Shown here: one piece after another, positions 10,880-27,332 of the stretch
Layout of the letters: every line of letters starts with the position of its first letter
Position numbering within the stretch: position 1 is the stretch's first letter
Virus record (IMG/VR): IMGVR_UViG_3300047508_000265
Span: 1 to 64,000 of that record
Strand: one strand, 5' to 3'
DNA length: 64,000 nucleotides
Origin: a virus
Notes under the pieces: generated by a model
The model's database searches: none
What the model saw: only the letters and a program-made list of their open reading frames with translations
What the model was told of the DNA's origin: nothing
Made by a program: the position numbers and the translations under genes

Positions 10880-10915
10880 AAACCTACCTTATACGAGGAA
10901 GAAATAAAAGCAAGT

Positions 10916-11623
10916 TTAGTGGAAGACCTTCTTAACCTTGTAAGTTAGACTATCGCTTTTGCAACCATTTTCGTAAGCAGAAATAATCTGCAAATTTTCA
11001 GGCGAATGGGCGCCTCCTTTTGCAAGCGGAATTATGTGATCAACTTGAACGTTAAATCCCTGTTGGCGTAGTTCAGAAGCACGAATATAAATTTTTGCGA
11101 TCTTAGTAAGATCGCCAATAGTAACCAATCTTTTTAGCGCTTCTCGCTTGGCATTCGTGGCGCTTTTCTTTCCTGGATTCTTTTTAGACCATAATCTTTT
11201 AGTTTTTCTTACTCTTTCGGGATATTGACGCCGGTATCTTCTCGAATTTTCACAATGTTTTTGTTTATTAATGGGCTGATTGCGCCATTTTCTAGCTTGC
11301 TTGGCTATTCTTTTTTGGTTAGCACGAGCATAATTCTTTCTCCATTCAGGATTGTTTCTATGCCAAATTCGGCATGCTTTTCTTCTTTCGTCTACATATT
11401 TTAATCTAGATTTGCGGCTGTTGCTTCTAATCTTATCTGGAAACGCAAGAAAATATAACGCTTTGTACATTCGAAATTGCGCCATACGTTCTTCATCTTG
11501 TCCACAAGCTAGGCAGCAGTTATTGCTTTTTCTTCTGCCGCACTTCCACGTATCGTGTCCATTTACACAATAACGTTTTCTGCTTTTGCGAACCTCTTGT
11601 TTACGTCGCTCTTTGGAAATCAC
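10916..11623 (-). CDS. HNH homing endonuclease, family A (VDHIIPL.KGGAHSPENLQII)
   Basis: VDHIIPLAKGGAHSPENLQIISAYENGCK; N-terminal C..GH...C..C zinc motif. Confidence 0.9.
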   Translation of the reverse strand: MISKERRKQEVRKSRKRYCVNGHDTWKCGRRKSNNCCLACGQDEERMAQFRMYKALYFLAFPDKIRSNSRKSRLKYVDERRKACRIWHRNNPEWRKNYARANQKRIAKQARKWRNQPINKQKHCENSRRYRRQYPERVRKTKRLWSKKNPGKKSATNAKREALKRLVTIGDLTKIAKIYIRASELRQQGFNVQVDHIIPLAKGGAHSPENLQIISAYENGCKSDSLTYKVKKVFH

Positions 11624-11868
11624 GAAGGCAAATCAAGAGCCATGATAGATATTTCAGGCCAAATCCGGCCTGAGCTTATGTCTAATTTAGCGACGTGAAG
11701 CGAGACGTGGTAACTTTTACAGATATCATTTATCGCTTTTATGGCGCCAGTTTGTCTTGCTTGGCGTTGTTCGGGGGTTTCTACAGTACGCGGTAACGGC
11801 GTAGGTTTTACTGCATCGGTTGGCGGTTGAACGGGAGCGGACGGTTGCGGGACGGGTTGATTTTCCAT
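11620..11868 (-). CDS. hypothetical protein
   Basis: ORF track; coupled to the HNH start. Confidence 0.6.
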   Translation of the reverse strand: MENQPVPQPSAPVQPPTDAVKPTPLPRTVETPEQRQARQTGAIKAINDICKSYHVSLHVAKLDISSGRIWPEISIMALDLPS

Positions 11869-11885
11869 GTTGCCCTTAATATCCC

Positions 11886-13214
11886 TTAAAGTTCCCCAAT
11901 CGCAAATCCTTTTTCTACACTTCCCGAAACCGTGGGGCCGATAATCTTGAAGTTTTCCAGCATGGAATTCGAGCGCTGTGTGCGTCGGATAAGCTTGGTA
12001 ATGTCCTCATCTTTGTAGAAAATTTTGGCAGGCAATTCTACCTCGCGCAGAGGGTGGCTTCCCGCTACGCCTAGTCCCCCGCAGCAAGGATTTGGAATTC
12101 CGCATTCCGTATTAAGTCCTAAATAAGTTCCTCCGGAAGCAATGCAATCCGCTTCCGTTGTAATACTGCAATAACCATTTAAACAGCAAGCACCAGTGCC
12201 CGCGATTTCCGCTCCTAAAGTTAAGAAGGGGCCGAAAGATATTTGATTCCGGTAATCTATTAAAAGTTGATCAACAGAGCGACCGGCATTTAGAAACCGA
12301 ACTTCGTCCAAAATTCCATCCCAGTAACAACAACTAAAGGTGCGTATTTTGCCTATAACAGTTGCGGGACTAAAATTTATATTAATGGGGCCATTTGGAG
12401 CAACATTAAAATCTAATACTCCATTTACATATCCGCTCAAACCATTAACTGAATCATAAGTCAATGAAAGATAATACCACGTAGCAATTAATAATGTGTG
12501 GCTACCTAAACCATCATAAGAAACTTGACTATTAGCTTTAATGTTCAGTGAAAGTTTTCCGTCACTTCTAACTCCTAATTGATAGGATTGAAAAGGAGGC
12601 CCAGGATTAAACCCGCTTTCTACAACTCCAGCACCGGGAAAACTAGTAGCATTTACCCATGCAGAAATTGTCATTGCACTAGTAGGATGATACCCGCTTG
12701 CCGCTTCTAGCCATTGAGAACTAGAAGCATTAAACTGCGCCCCACCATCAATCTGCCCAATCGCGGGAGTGACAACATTATTATTACTAAGTTCAGATAT
12801 TCCAGTTACGCTGTTTATTCTAGATAACGTAGCTCCATTCTTTAAGTGAAATGCTGCCATGAAAGCGCTGCTCCAAACATTTGTTGGGTCTGATTGATCG
12901 GTAGTAATGGAAGCATCCCCATAGAAAATATAGAATACTGTAGGAACCGTACTGGATATATTTGGAAGTTTCACCCAAGCAACAACTTCTCCAGTGACTG
13001 GATTGTAGCGTTCCATTTCCCATTTAAGTATAATTGCGGCTCCTGAGTCAGCATAAAATCCTATATCAAAACCATCTTCACTCTCTACGTGGCCCCCATT
13101 AGTCCGAGACTTCAGTGTGGTATTAGTAAAATTTACAACTACTGGGAAATCAACTTGGTCACTGGGAACCTCAGTAAAATCTACAGTAATCGAACGATGA
13201 TAAGTAAAGGCCAT
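11886..13214 (-). CDS. DUF2341 + LamG/concanavalin-A virion protein with Cys-rich C-terminal extension
   Basis: FPVVVN...DGFDIGF...LKWEMERY...WVK (DUF2341); TISAWVN...WYYLSLTYD...YVNG...WDGILDEVR (LamG); GACC...C...C...GG.YLG.C repeat. Confidence 0.8.
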   Translation of the reverse strand: MAFTYHRSITVDFTEVPSDQVDFPVVVNFTNTTLKSRTNGGHVESEDGFDIGFYADSGAAIILKWEMERYNPVTGEVVAWVKLPNISSTVPTVFYIFYGDASITTDQSDPTNVWSSAFMAAFHLKNGATLSRINSVTGISELSNNNVVTPAIGQIDGGAQFNASSSQWLEAASGYHPTSAMTISAWVNATSFPGAGVVESGFNPGPPFQSYQLGVRSDGKLSLNIKANSQVSYDGLGSHTLLIATWYYLSLTYDSVNGLSGYVNGVLDFNVAPNGPININFSPATVIGKIRTFSCCYWDGILDEVRFLNAGRSVDQLLIDYRNQISFGPFLTLGAEIAGTGACCLNGYCSITTEADCIASGGTYLGLNTECGIPNPCCGGLGVAGSHPLREVELPAKIFYKDEDITKLIRRTQRSNSMLENFKIIGPTVSGSVEKGFAIGEL

Positions 13215-13372
13215 TAGTTTTCCTGGGGATTATAAACGAAACCTGTCTCCACATTGCCTTCTATCCCAGTTCCTTCCAATCTAATCTTCCCGAGACCAGT
13301 CTCCAGTTTAGAAGTTTCGTCGTGAAGTAATTGGATTAGCGCGCTACTACTGACTTCGTTTGTATCTTCCAT
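13214..13372 (-). CDS. small virion-associated protein (52 aa)
   Basis: ATG at 13372; resembles the C-terminus of the 11886 protein. Confidence 0.5.
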   Translation of the reverse strand: MEDTNEVSSSALIQLLHDETSKLETGLGKIRLEGTGIEGNVETGFVYNPQEN

Positions 13373-16080
13373 AATCTGGGAATATCTGTTGGCACTACTG
13401 TAGCAGAGATTACTCGTTCTGTCCCTATCCAACCTGTGCCGGGAATATATGTAGGCGAATCCCAACCAAATACATTCCATTGGGAGCCGTACGATGAAGA
13501 AAGAGGTCCAGTAGTACCATTAGGAAAAGAGCCGCCTAAACCATCTGAGTAGGCCAAAATTGAATTACCCACGCCTAAAGCAGTAATTATAATATCGTTT
13601 TTGGAGTAGGCGCCTAAGAGTAGTGTTATGTGTGCGCCGAGAATCGCCCCCGCTCCAGGATTATAAAGCGTAGCAAGATTTTTATGAACTGTTGATCCCG
13701 AAGGAATTCCAGAAACATATTCTGAAGCACTCGGTGTAGTCGCTGCAAAGGCGATTGATCCGTATACATAAGCATCATGAAGCACATCATGAACAAATTC
13801 AGGCGCTCCACTAAGACCTGTTATGACAGCGCTATCCGTGATAATTTCGCTAAACTCTACATCTGATCCCGATCCCGGTATGCCGACTGTTGGAGTTGTA
13901 TCCTTTAGCATAAACCAAGTACGAATGGTATGCTTCACCAGTCTGGCCGACGCCCGTTTATAAAAAGCCGCGCTCGGAATAATCCCTATGTATCCCGGAA
14001 ATTGATAAGGCTCAAAAGAGTATGTAATGATGGCAGAACTGGGACCGGTCGCCAAAGGCTGCCGTGTAATCTTAACACGCTTGCTCCTCCATTTATCAAG
14101 AGGTTTTACATTCTCAACAAAGTAATCGCCACTTGTGCCAGTATAGCTGACGTCTACAACCTGCTCTTCCTCCAAGCTGTAATTCTGCAGTTCCTCATCC
14201 CACTTCCGTCCAGTAAGAGTAGGCCACGCAACAACATTAAGCTCGCTAGTTTCTTTGAGAAACAATCCCGCTCCAAGAGATTTCACCCTAGACTTGGTTA
14301 TCGTTACCCCCTCATCAGGAATCATAGGCGTGATATCCAAAGTCCTGACGATACCCAGAGAGCCGCCACCATATTCTTCCGTAGTCTCGAAATCGATCAA
14401 AACCGCAGGAAGACCAAGAGTATTACGGCTAACAGTTCCTACCCTATGTTTAAATTCTGTAATCTGGTCGTCTGTCGCCCGCAAATCTCCAGTGCCCAAC
14501 GTAGGAGGCGTTGCCTGCCCTTCCAGTATTTCCTCAATAGAATCAGTTGGTATGGCCGCTCTGAACTCCTGCGGGATGACGTCAGGTATTTCAACAGAGT
14601 ATTTTATGGCATTGAAAACATCCGGTACCACTCCAGATGTTGCCAACGTAGTTCCATTTCCCAAAGGTTGAATTTCCAACTCCTCAGTTCTCGCGTTAAT
14701 GGTCGGCAGTTGTTGCTGGATTCCCGAGAACAGAGTGGCAGTAATAGTTTCCAACTGCTGAACTGGAGTCATCTTGAAATTAACTAGGGATACTGGAAGA
14801 TGTAAGATGTCTCTATCCTCTATGGTTACCCTGCGCCAAAACTCAGTAGTTTGTTCTTGGATTTCTGATAACTCTCCGGTGCCTAACACAGGCTGCGCCG
14901 CCTGACCAATCTCTGTATAAGAATCAATTCTAGTAGGCAGCAATGCACGAAATTTTTCTGGAATAAGATCTGGTATCTTTGTCTCAAATCTCGCCTTGGA
15001 GAAAACATTTGGAACAGTTACTCTAGAGAGCAGAGAGGAGTTGTTGCCAAGCTGCATCATATCTCCCTCTATTAACAATGGGGCGGGAACCAAATTTTGT
15101 ATCCCGTTCGCCCAAGTATCTGTAGCCGTGGAGAGTTGCTGCTCCGCGGTCAGGCGAAGATCTGTCAGTGTTATAGGCGCCTCAAGATCACGAACAGTAG
15201 ATGAAATCTCTTTCTTGAACTTAGTGGTCTGATGCTGCGACGCCTCCCAATCGTGATCTGCTAAGACTGGTGCCACTGCTATTCCGGCGAGAGTTTGACT
15301 GGTTTTCTGGGACGGTAGCGCAGCAAGAAATCTACGATGACGATAGGGAAGCACCGCATCGTCCCGCGAGGTAGCCAAAATTGTATTAGGAAAGACGTCA
15401 GGCACTGTGCCGATGGTTACTTCTGCCTTTGCGGTAGTCTTTCTATCCTCCTTGGCGATCTCCGTTAGGGCTGAAAGGGGAAGCGGGGGGACAGCATCTG
15501 TTTTTACAGTTTGAGTTTGGACTGTAACTAATTGTTGAACTTGATTCTCTTGGTAGGAAGTAATGACTGGTCCGGGCAGTCGCTCATACGTACGAATTAC
15601 CGAAACAAACAAAGCATCAATTTCGGGATTTTGTAATCGCCCAATTTTATGATCCGTAAGAAAGAGATCAGGATACACAGGATCTTTTGAATCCGCGGCG
15701 GGCTCGTCTTCTCTTTGGTCGCCTCTTAACACCACGTAAGTCCTCGTGATTGTAGGGTAATTAGGGTCGGCAAAAGGGTAGCTTATCTCGAAATTATAAT
15801 CATTTTGGTTCTGTCTTTCATTCAACCAGTATTCATTTACCCAGCCTATCTGATCAAGAGATTTGGAAGTGGCGAATAAAAATCCTTCCATTTTTTCAGG
15901 CTCAAGCCCTGTATAGGTGTCGCCTTTTTCGGGCTGTTTATATCCCGCAGCACGAGTATCTTTGCGAATAACTACAATGCGATCGTCGAGATTTGGCGTA
16001 GGAAGCTCTTGTACGTTGGGCTTCCCTGGGATTGCGGGACTGGGACCCACATAGGAATTAGAAGGTTGTTGGTTCGCCAT
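13336..16080 (-). CDS. tail/virion structural protein with three ~130-aa internal repeats
   Basis: VP(D/N)VF...F.A..P...G.A..P.L...Q.T.F repeated at 15405, 15015 and 14628. Confidence 0.7.
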   Translation of the reverse strand: MANQQPSNSYVGPSPAIPGKPNVQELPTPNLDDRIVVIRKDTRAAGYKQPEKGDTYTGLEPEKMEGFLFATSKSLDQIGWVNEYWLNERQNQNDYNFEISYPFADPNYPTITRTYVVLRGDQREDEPAADSKDPVYPDLFLTDHKIGRLQNPEIDALFVSVIRTYERLPGPVITSYQENQVQQLVTVQTQTVKTDAVPPLPLSALTEIAKEDRKTTAKAEVTIGTVPDVFPNTILATSRDDAVLPYRHRRFLAALPSQKTSQTLAGIAVAPVLADHDWEASQHQTTKFKKEISSTVRDLEAPITLTDLRLTAEQQLSTATDTWANGIQNLVPAPLLIEGDMMQLGNNSSLLSRVTVPNVFSKARFETKIPDLIPEKFRALLPTRIDSYTEIGQAAQPVLGTGELSEIQEQTTEFWRRVTIEDRDILHLPVSLVNFKMTPVQQLETITATLFSGIQQQLPTINARTEELEIQPLGNGTTLATSGVVPDVFNAIKYSVEIPDVIPQEFRAAIPTDSIEEILEGQATPPTLGTGDLRATDDQITEFKHRVGTVSRNTLGLPAVLIDFETTEEYGGGSLGIVRTLDITPMIPDEGVTITKSRVKSLGAGLFLKETSELNVVAWPTLTGRKWDEELQNYSLEEEQVVDVSYTGTSGDYFVENVKPLDKWRSKRVKITRQPLATGPSSAIITYSFEPYQFPGYIGIIPSAAFYKRASARLVKHTIRTWFMLKDTTPTVGIPGSGSDVEFSEIITDSAVITGLSGAPEFVHDVLHDAYVYGSIAFAATTPSASEYVSGIPSGSTVHKNLATLYNPGAGAILGAHITLLLGAYSKNDIIITALGVGNSILAYSDGLGGSFPNGTTGPLSSSYGSQWNVFGWDSPTYIPGTGWIGTERVISATVVPTDIPRLWKIQTKSVVAR

Positions 16081-16221
16081 TACCAGCAACTCTAAGCCAA
16101 ACCTACTGAATTACAAGAACAGGGATCGGCTTCTTGATCTTAGGACGTTTCGCTTTCCACTGTTTTCTCCGCCAATGTTTCCTGTCTTTGCTGCGCCAAG
16201 GTTTCCCGTTGCCGAAATATC

Positions 16222-16626
16222 TCATAAGTCAGGAATGAGGATACAACCAAAACGTGCTCTATGTGCTTTTTTATAAGTAGAGGGCAACCAAACCGAACAA
16301 TCGGTATCGAATAACATGCCGCACATCAAAACGACCACATGGGGAAGCCGAAGCACGTTAGAATAATTTATTGCTAAAATCCCCTTATCAGTGAGAAGAT
16401 TACAATTCCTTTTCTTACGTAAGGGATATCCTACTCGTTTGGCGATGTTCACTATACTGGTCATGTATAGCCCAGATTCATGAGGGCTTCTCCCTGCTCG
16501 TTTCTCTGTAGCCGCCGCAACTAGGATATCTTCATAGCTCTTTCCGGATAACGTAGCGAGACAGCTTATGCCGCAATCGCCAGAAGCTCGCTGAGGCTCA
16601 AACTTAAGAATGGGTTGGTGTTTCAT
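16222..16626 (-). CDS. papain-fold (C39-like) cysteine peptidase
   Basis: Q...GDCGISCLA (Gln/Cys), PHVVV (His), LFD (Asp). Confidence 0.65.
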   Translation of the reverse strand: MKHQPILKFEPQRASGDCGISCLATLSGKSYEDILVAAATEKRAGRSPHESGLYMTSIVNIAKRVGYPLRKKRNCNLLTDKGILAINYSNVLRLPHVVVLMCGMLFDTDCSVWLPSTYKKAHRARFGCILIPDL

Positions 16627-16911
16627 TTTTCGTTACAATGTTTTGTAAAGCTGAGCTATTCTTAAAATCTACCGCAGCTATGGCACTGCAACCAACTGCA
16701 ACTAATCCGGCGAAACTTGTAACCACAATTTGTGCTAATGTTGCGATGTTTCCAGCTAGCGCGGGTTTAATAAATAAGAGAGCCGCAGAGACTACGAAGA
16801 TACTGAGAACTCCAAGCATACCTCTATTTATCAATCGCCATTTTTTGGAGTCTTCTGAAGGTTTATCAAGCTGATCCTTGAAAAACCTTACGGAGTCATA
16901 AGCTGGTTCGT

Positions 16912-16915
<4 letters not shown>
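16604..16915 (-). CDS. two-TM membrane protein, holin candidate
   Basis: Two hydrophobic helices, charged termini, late region. Confidence 0.5.
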
Positions 16916-19761
<2,846 letters not shown>

Positions 19762-19765
<4 letters not shown>

Positions 19766-19908
19766 GGTAATACTAATCTATAATCTCCTTCTTCAGTTAC
19801 GCGAATGTTTTTATCTTCCGTTGCACGAAATATATTATCGCCTTTTTCCTCAACAGAAACCCCACCGCACTGTGGTCCTTCCTCTACAACACCATCTTCC
19901 TCGCTCAT
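19762..19908 (-). CDS. small fibre-associated protein (R.TE.(G/K)..R repeats)
   Basis: ATGA-coupled at both ends; [18 protein letters not shown] motif. Confidence 0.55.
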
Positions 19909-20291
19909 GGTCCCGTGGCTCCTGTAGCAATTGTTTGGGTAACTTCTCCCTCGGCGAATATGGTTCCAAAACAAGGTGTGGCAACGGCGCCTGTCTCATC
20001 CTCCACCAACTCCACATCCCAATAATATGGGCGACCTGGTCGCATTTGAACTGTGTTGGTGTGGGGCACTGTTACGTCTAAAATCCCATCCGCATCCTCG
20101 CCTACGACTTCAATATCCCCGTCCTCAAGCGAACCTTGGAAGATAGCAGCAAAATCCGAATCATACTTACTGCGCTTGATTGTGAAGTAAATTCCATGAA
20201 AAGTGGCCAAGCTGATGGGCGTTCCATCTGGATTCAGAACGGGTATACGAAGTATAGCAGTGTCGCCTTGAACAATAGAAAGCCGCGTCAT
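19905..20291 (-). CDS. BppU-like Ig-fold fibre attachment protein
   Basis: IVQGDT...PISL...FTIK...G.L.V.V...T.....YYWDVEL pattern; ends ATGATGP. Confidence 0.6.
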   Translation of the reverse strand: MTRLSIVQGDTAILRIPVLNPDGTPISLATFHGIYFTIKRSKYDSDFAAIFQGSLEDGDIEVVGEDADGILDVTVPHTNTVQMRPGRPYYWDVELVEDETGAVATPCFGTIFAEGEVTQTIATGATGP

Positions 20292-20293
20292 AT

Positions 20294-20749
20294 TTACACT
20301 TTATTCATCTTCGCCTCAATTACAACTTTGGACATGACAAAAAGCAGTAACTCCGCTCTGCGTCTTTCATCGGCGTCTTCATTCGTATCATCCGCCTTTT
20401 CGCGCAATAAAATCTTTAGTCTAATCGTCTTTTCAGGAGTCAGGCGAAGGTGCTCCAAATCCTCCAAAAGCTTGTCAAGCTCCCGAGATTCAGGGTGCGG
20501 ATGATGCAATGTGTCAGCAATTTCTTTTTGAAGAGCAGACCAAAGCGGGCTCACTTGTGTTTCCAAAGTCGTGAGTCTGGTGTTTATTTTCCAAGCATAC
20601 CCAAGAAGAGCCATGGAAATAGGAACCAAGGCCCCCAATATCCAAGGAGTATAAGGCGAGGCATCTGCCAAGACCGCCAGAACACCAACTAGAAGAGCGC
20701 TAAAAACTACAGGAACAGCTTTTGTACCATAAAAAATATGTGATATCAT
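20294..20749 (-). CDS. membrane protein (2 TM + coiled coil), possible holin/lysis accessory
   Basis: Hydrophobic N-terminal half; RLTTLE coiled coil. Confidence 0.55.
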   Translation of the reverse strand: MISHIFYGTKAVPVVFSALLVGVLAVLADASPYTPWILGALVPISMALLGYAWKINTRLTTLETQVSPLWSALQKEIADTLHHPHPESRELDKLLEDLEHLRLTPEKTIRLKILLREKADDTNEDADERRRAELLLFVMSKVVIEAKMNKV

Positions 20750-21012
20750 GGATTAAAAAGCCTTTGATACCAAGGACGTTTTACAGGAACTTGGTGGTGA
20801 ACTCTTGGCGATCTGATTCGAGTTGGAGTTGGAGTTGGAGTTGGAGTTGGAGTTGGAGTTGGAGTTGGTGGAGGAGAAGCATTTTCTATCAGCTCAATTC
20901 GATCCATGTTTTGATCGCTTTGTTCTGCTAAATGAGAAAGCCACCTAAACGACAGTCCTGTAACAAAAACAACTATCGTCAGGATTACAAATCTTATAAT
21001 CCACACTCGCAT
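20746..21012 (-). CDS. membrane-anchored protein with (PT)8 linker
   Basis: N-terminal TM helix; SPP(PT)8; C-terminal KRPWYQRLF. Confidence 0.6.
   Translation of the reverse strand: MRVWIIRFVILTIVVFVTGLSFRWLSHLAEQSDQNMDRIELIENASPPPTPTPTPTPTPTPTPTRIRSPRVHHQVPVKRPWYQRLFNP
20821..20868. repeat. perfect hexanucleotide repeat (AGTTGG)8 encoding (PT)8
   Basis: Read directly. Confidence 0.95.
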
Positions 21013-21013
21013 T

Positions 21014-21340
21014 TTAAAAAGGCGAAGGATTTTGTGTTGCTATGCCAGTTGCGGGCGGCGAAGTATAAGGCTCAGGATTGACCTCAGATTCGGCCTTGAC
21101 AGGAATGCCCTCCAACTTGGTCAGGCAAAGATCGCCATCTTCATCCAGCTTGAACGTGCCAACTGCGGTAAATTCGTCTCCTGCCTTAACGCCAGAAGGA
21201 AGCTGGTAACCTTCTGGAATTGCGAAATCGACTTTGTCTTCCTCATCGTAATCTTGCTGTTCATCCGGACCGGCAGGGCCCATACCTTTCGGAAGAACGC
21301 CTTTCATCTGGGCTATAATATCAGAGGCTTTATTAGGCAT
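21014..21340 (-). CDS. acidic virion-region protein (paralog of 25806..26198)
   Basis: V.F..P..Y.LP.G..AGD.F.AVGTF..DE.G shared with 25806. Confidence 0.7.
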   Translation of the reverse strand: MPNKASDIIAQMKGVLPKGMGPAGPDEQQDYDEEDKVDFAIPEGYQLPSGVKAGDEFTAVGTFKLDEDGDLCLTKLEGIPVKAESEVNPEPYTSPPATGIATQNPSPF

Positions 21341-21356
21341 GGGAATACGATAACAT

Positions 21357-22037
21357 TCATAAAGCGGTCGCGCTAACTATTTCTGACCAATCTGAAAAAA
21401 CATTTCCGCCCCACAGAAACGGGTTCTGCGCTCGGACACGATAATAGTAGGTTGTGCCGGAGATAACAGTGATATCAGTCAACGAGTGGAGCACAAAGTT
21501 GTTTAGGTAACGCCATGTCACTAGATCGGTTGAACGATAGATGTAAAATATCATTCCTGTTCCATCAGGTTCGGGGATGAAATATCCATTAGTCCAAGAG
21601 ACGCGGATAGAACCAATTTGTGGAACCGCCGCCACATTGATAGGTGGCGCTGGTATTTGCTGGTTTGGCATCGGCCCATCCGCTGTCGTAAAAACAACTT
21701 CATCGGTAAATACGGAAACCTGCCCCTGTGCGTCATAGGCGCGGGATTTATAACACCACATTGTCCCTGGCAAAAGCCTTACTGAATCGATAAACGAACC
21801 CTGCGGGTAGCCGGAATTTATGTTATGAAATACCTCAGTAGGCATTTGTGCCCGCCACGCTTGAAATCCTACTTGAGTCCCAACTTTAGGATCTACGTGG
21901 AAATGAACCTTGTAAGGATCGACCGAACCGTCAGCCTCAAACACCGGATCGACATGAAAATTTGTTGGTGGAGGCGGCGTCGGCGATTGTCCGTAAGCAG
22001 TTAAAGCGAGCAATGCGATTAAAAATAAATATTTCAT
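21357..22037 (-). CDS. secreted protein with two fibronectin type III domains
   Basis: Signal peptide MKYLFLIALLALTAYG; PPTN...F.D...PGT...Y...AY and PAPP.NV...VSW...YIYRS...D....GTTYYYRVRA...SDWS. Confidence 0.75.
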   Translation of the reverse strand: MKYLFLIALLALTAYGQSPTPPPPTNFHVDPVFEADGSVDPYKVHFHVDPKVGTQVGFQAWRAQMPTEVFHNINSGYPQGSFIDSVRLLPGTMWCYKSRAYDAQGQVSVFTDEVVFTTADGPMPNQQIPAPPINVAAVPQIGSIRVSWTNGYFIPEPDGTGMIFYIYRSTDLVTWRYLNNFVLHSLTDITVISGTTYYYRVRAQNPFLWGGNVFSDWSEIVSATAL

Positions 22038-22073
22038 AGGATTCAAAAATAACCCTAAAAGGGAATCAAGCAA

Positions 22074-22792
22074 TCACTGAATCATAAATCCACCAAACCC
22101 CCCACCCAACCCATAAAGCAATCGCACGTATCCTGCTGCTCCCGTTCCACCGGCACGATTCGTGGCTGTCGTGGAGAATGCACCACCACCCGCACCACCA
22201 TAAGCATTGGCAGGACTGCCGGTTCCTGCCGTTGTTCTTGCCGCTCCACCAACTCCACCGACATTGTTAACGTTGGGGTTTATTGAAGTACCTGTGCCGC
22301 CCGCGCTAATCCCTCCCGCGCCACCAGCCCCCTGGCTGCCTGCTGCCCCTCCGCCTGCCGCGCCATGAGTTGAATCGCCAGTGCCGCCGCTACCACCAGC
22401 AAATAGAAGATCGCCTACGCATCCAGTAGTTGAACCTACCCCGCCCGTCGAACTATTAGCCACACTTTTTCCACCCGCGCCGCCTTTGGCGACACAACTC
22501 GTGGAACTATCACCTACAAAGCTACTGTCGTTTCCCTGTCCGCCGTTTCCTGCGCTCGTTCCAGTCTTAAGGGCCGCCACGGTGACGGTGTAACTGCTGC
22601 CGGGAGTAACGGGAATCATTGCTTTAGCTGCATAAGTTCCGCCTGCTCCTCCACCACCACCAAAATTTCCGCCGTCCGTGGTGCTCGTGCCGCCGCCCGC
22701 GCCGCCGCCGCCCCAACACTCAGCAGTGACAAACCGAATACCTGCTGGACAAGTCCAACTTTGGGTTGTTGTGAATTCTTCAACGTAAGCCA

Positions 22793-22793
<1 letters not shown>
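22074..22793 (-). CDS. glycine-rich virion/fibre tip protein
   Basis: FTT..SWTCPAG...V.AECWGGGGAGG ... GG.GAAGYV pattern typical of phage Gly-rich domains. Confidence 0.7.
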
Positions 22794-25840
<3,047 letters not shown>

Positions 25841-26768
25841 AGTTCAAGGCGTTACGTGGAAGCACAATGCCACGAGTTCCAAAAGGCGTTACTGAATTAG
25901 TCAAGCCATTAACTCCCATTGCTCCCGGAGCCGCAGGATTGGGGTCCCCTTCGCTCTGCTCTGGTGACATAGACGGATCAATAGGCATGCCGTCAACTTG
26001 AACAATCTCCATCAAGCCCGCTTCATCAACACGAAAAGTTCCCACAGCATTGAATAAATCTCCTGCAGCAAGTCCATCAGGCAAAGGATAATTTTTAGGT
26101 AGTGGGAAAGTTACTCTCGGAGCTTCTGATATTGGCTCACCAGCAGGGTTAGTCTGCGGCTTCATCATCTGCGAAATTATATTACCGACATTGGCCATTA
26201 CTGAAGGTCTCTCAATTAGCAGCTAAGTCAAGGAGCTTTGTTTAACGGAAGGAATATGACCAACCCGTCCCAAGAAGTATGAGCGTAAAGCCACCTGTAA
26301 TGTTTTGCAGTCTTGTGATCACATTGAAAACAAGGGCCATTGTTAGGACACACCAAAGCGTTAGGTTTACCATTACGATAATCAGGAACTGTTTCTCCGA
26401 GAAGTATTTGGCAAAATCCAAAATATACCATCACTATAACCACTATCCGCTGTAGGAATTCCATTTTTAATTAATCCTAATTTAACCGCTTGACTCCACG
26501 TTCGGTACTTCAACATTTTAATTTTCTTTTTCATTTTCGTAGGCAATCGATGATTTGAACCAACCCTTCGACGGTAGAATAGTCGCCAACACCAGCCCAA
26601 GAACGCTTCAATCGAGCTTTTGTGTCGCTTAGCAGTTTTTGTTCTTCCTTAGTTAATTCCTTTTTCACGGAGTTACAAGCGCATTAAACATATGAGAACA
26701 TTCTCGAAGCACTAAAATCGCAACCACAATTACCAAAATCCCAAAAGCAATACTAGCCACGGTTCGTA

Positions 26769-27332
26769 TCATTTTGCGCTAAATGAAAGTACACGAAAGT
26801 TAGCTGACCCATTGCTCAAATAAGCGCCATGGGCGTATCCGTGATCGGTTCCACCAAAACAAACTGAAATATCTGAGTCACCGGCAACAGCTTTGTTAAA
26901 TAAATTAATATGCGCCTGATCGTAATTACACGGAAATCCATCTATCGTCTGCCAATTTTCAGGAGTCATCTTAACAGTCAAGGTATGCCTACCGATCTGT
27001 AAATCTTGTCGATTGGCATGATTGGAAAAAATTGTTGCACTAGCAAATTTGAATCCTACCTGTCCTGGTTCGTTTTCAGTGGACGTAAAAATAGGATTTT
27101 TACCAGTGATCTCATAAGTCATGGAAACCTGCTTAACTAATTTAGCTCCTCTATCGACAGAATGAATTCCATCTTTGTTTGGGAAATCAAAAGAAAAAGT
27201 ATCTCCAGTCACAACTAGTTTTACATTTTTTGTCCAAGCATCAACATGCCAGTTTTTAGATTCGATACCTAACGCGGCGCACCCCACAAGAAACAGGGCA
27301 AATAAAACAGATAAAAAATTACTTGTTTTCAT
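26769..27332 (-). CDS. predicted lipoprotein, beta-sandwich
   Basis: MKTSNFLSVLFALFLVGC lipobox. Confidence 0.65.
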   Translation of the reverse strand: MKTSNFLSVLFALFLVGCAALGIESKNWHVDAWTKNVKLVVTGDTFSFDFPNKDGIHSVDRGAKLVKQVSMTYEITGKNPIFTSTENEPGQVGFKFASATIFSNHANRQDLQIGRHTLTVKMTPENWQTIDGFPCNYDQAHINLFNKAVAGDSDISVCFGGTDHGYAHGAYLSNGSANFRVLSFSAK

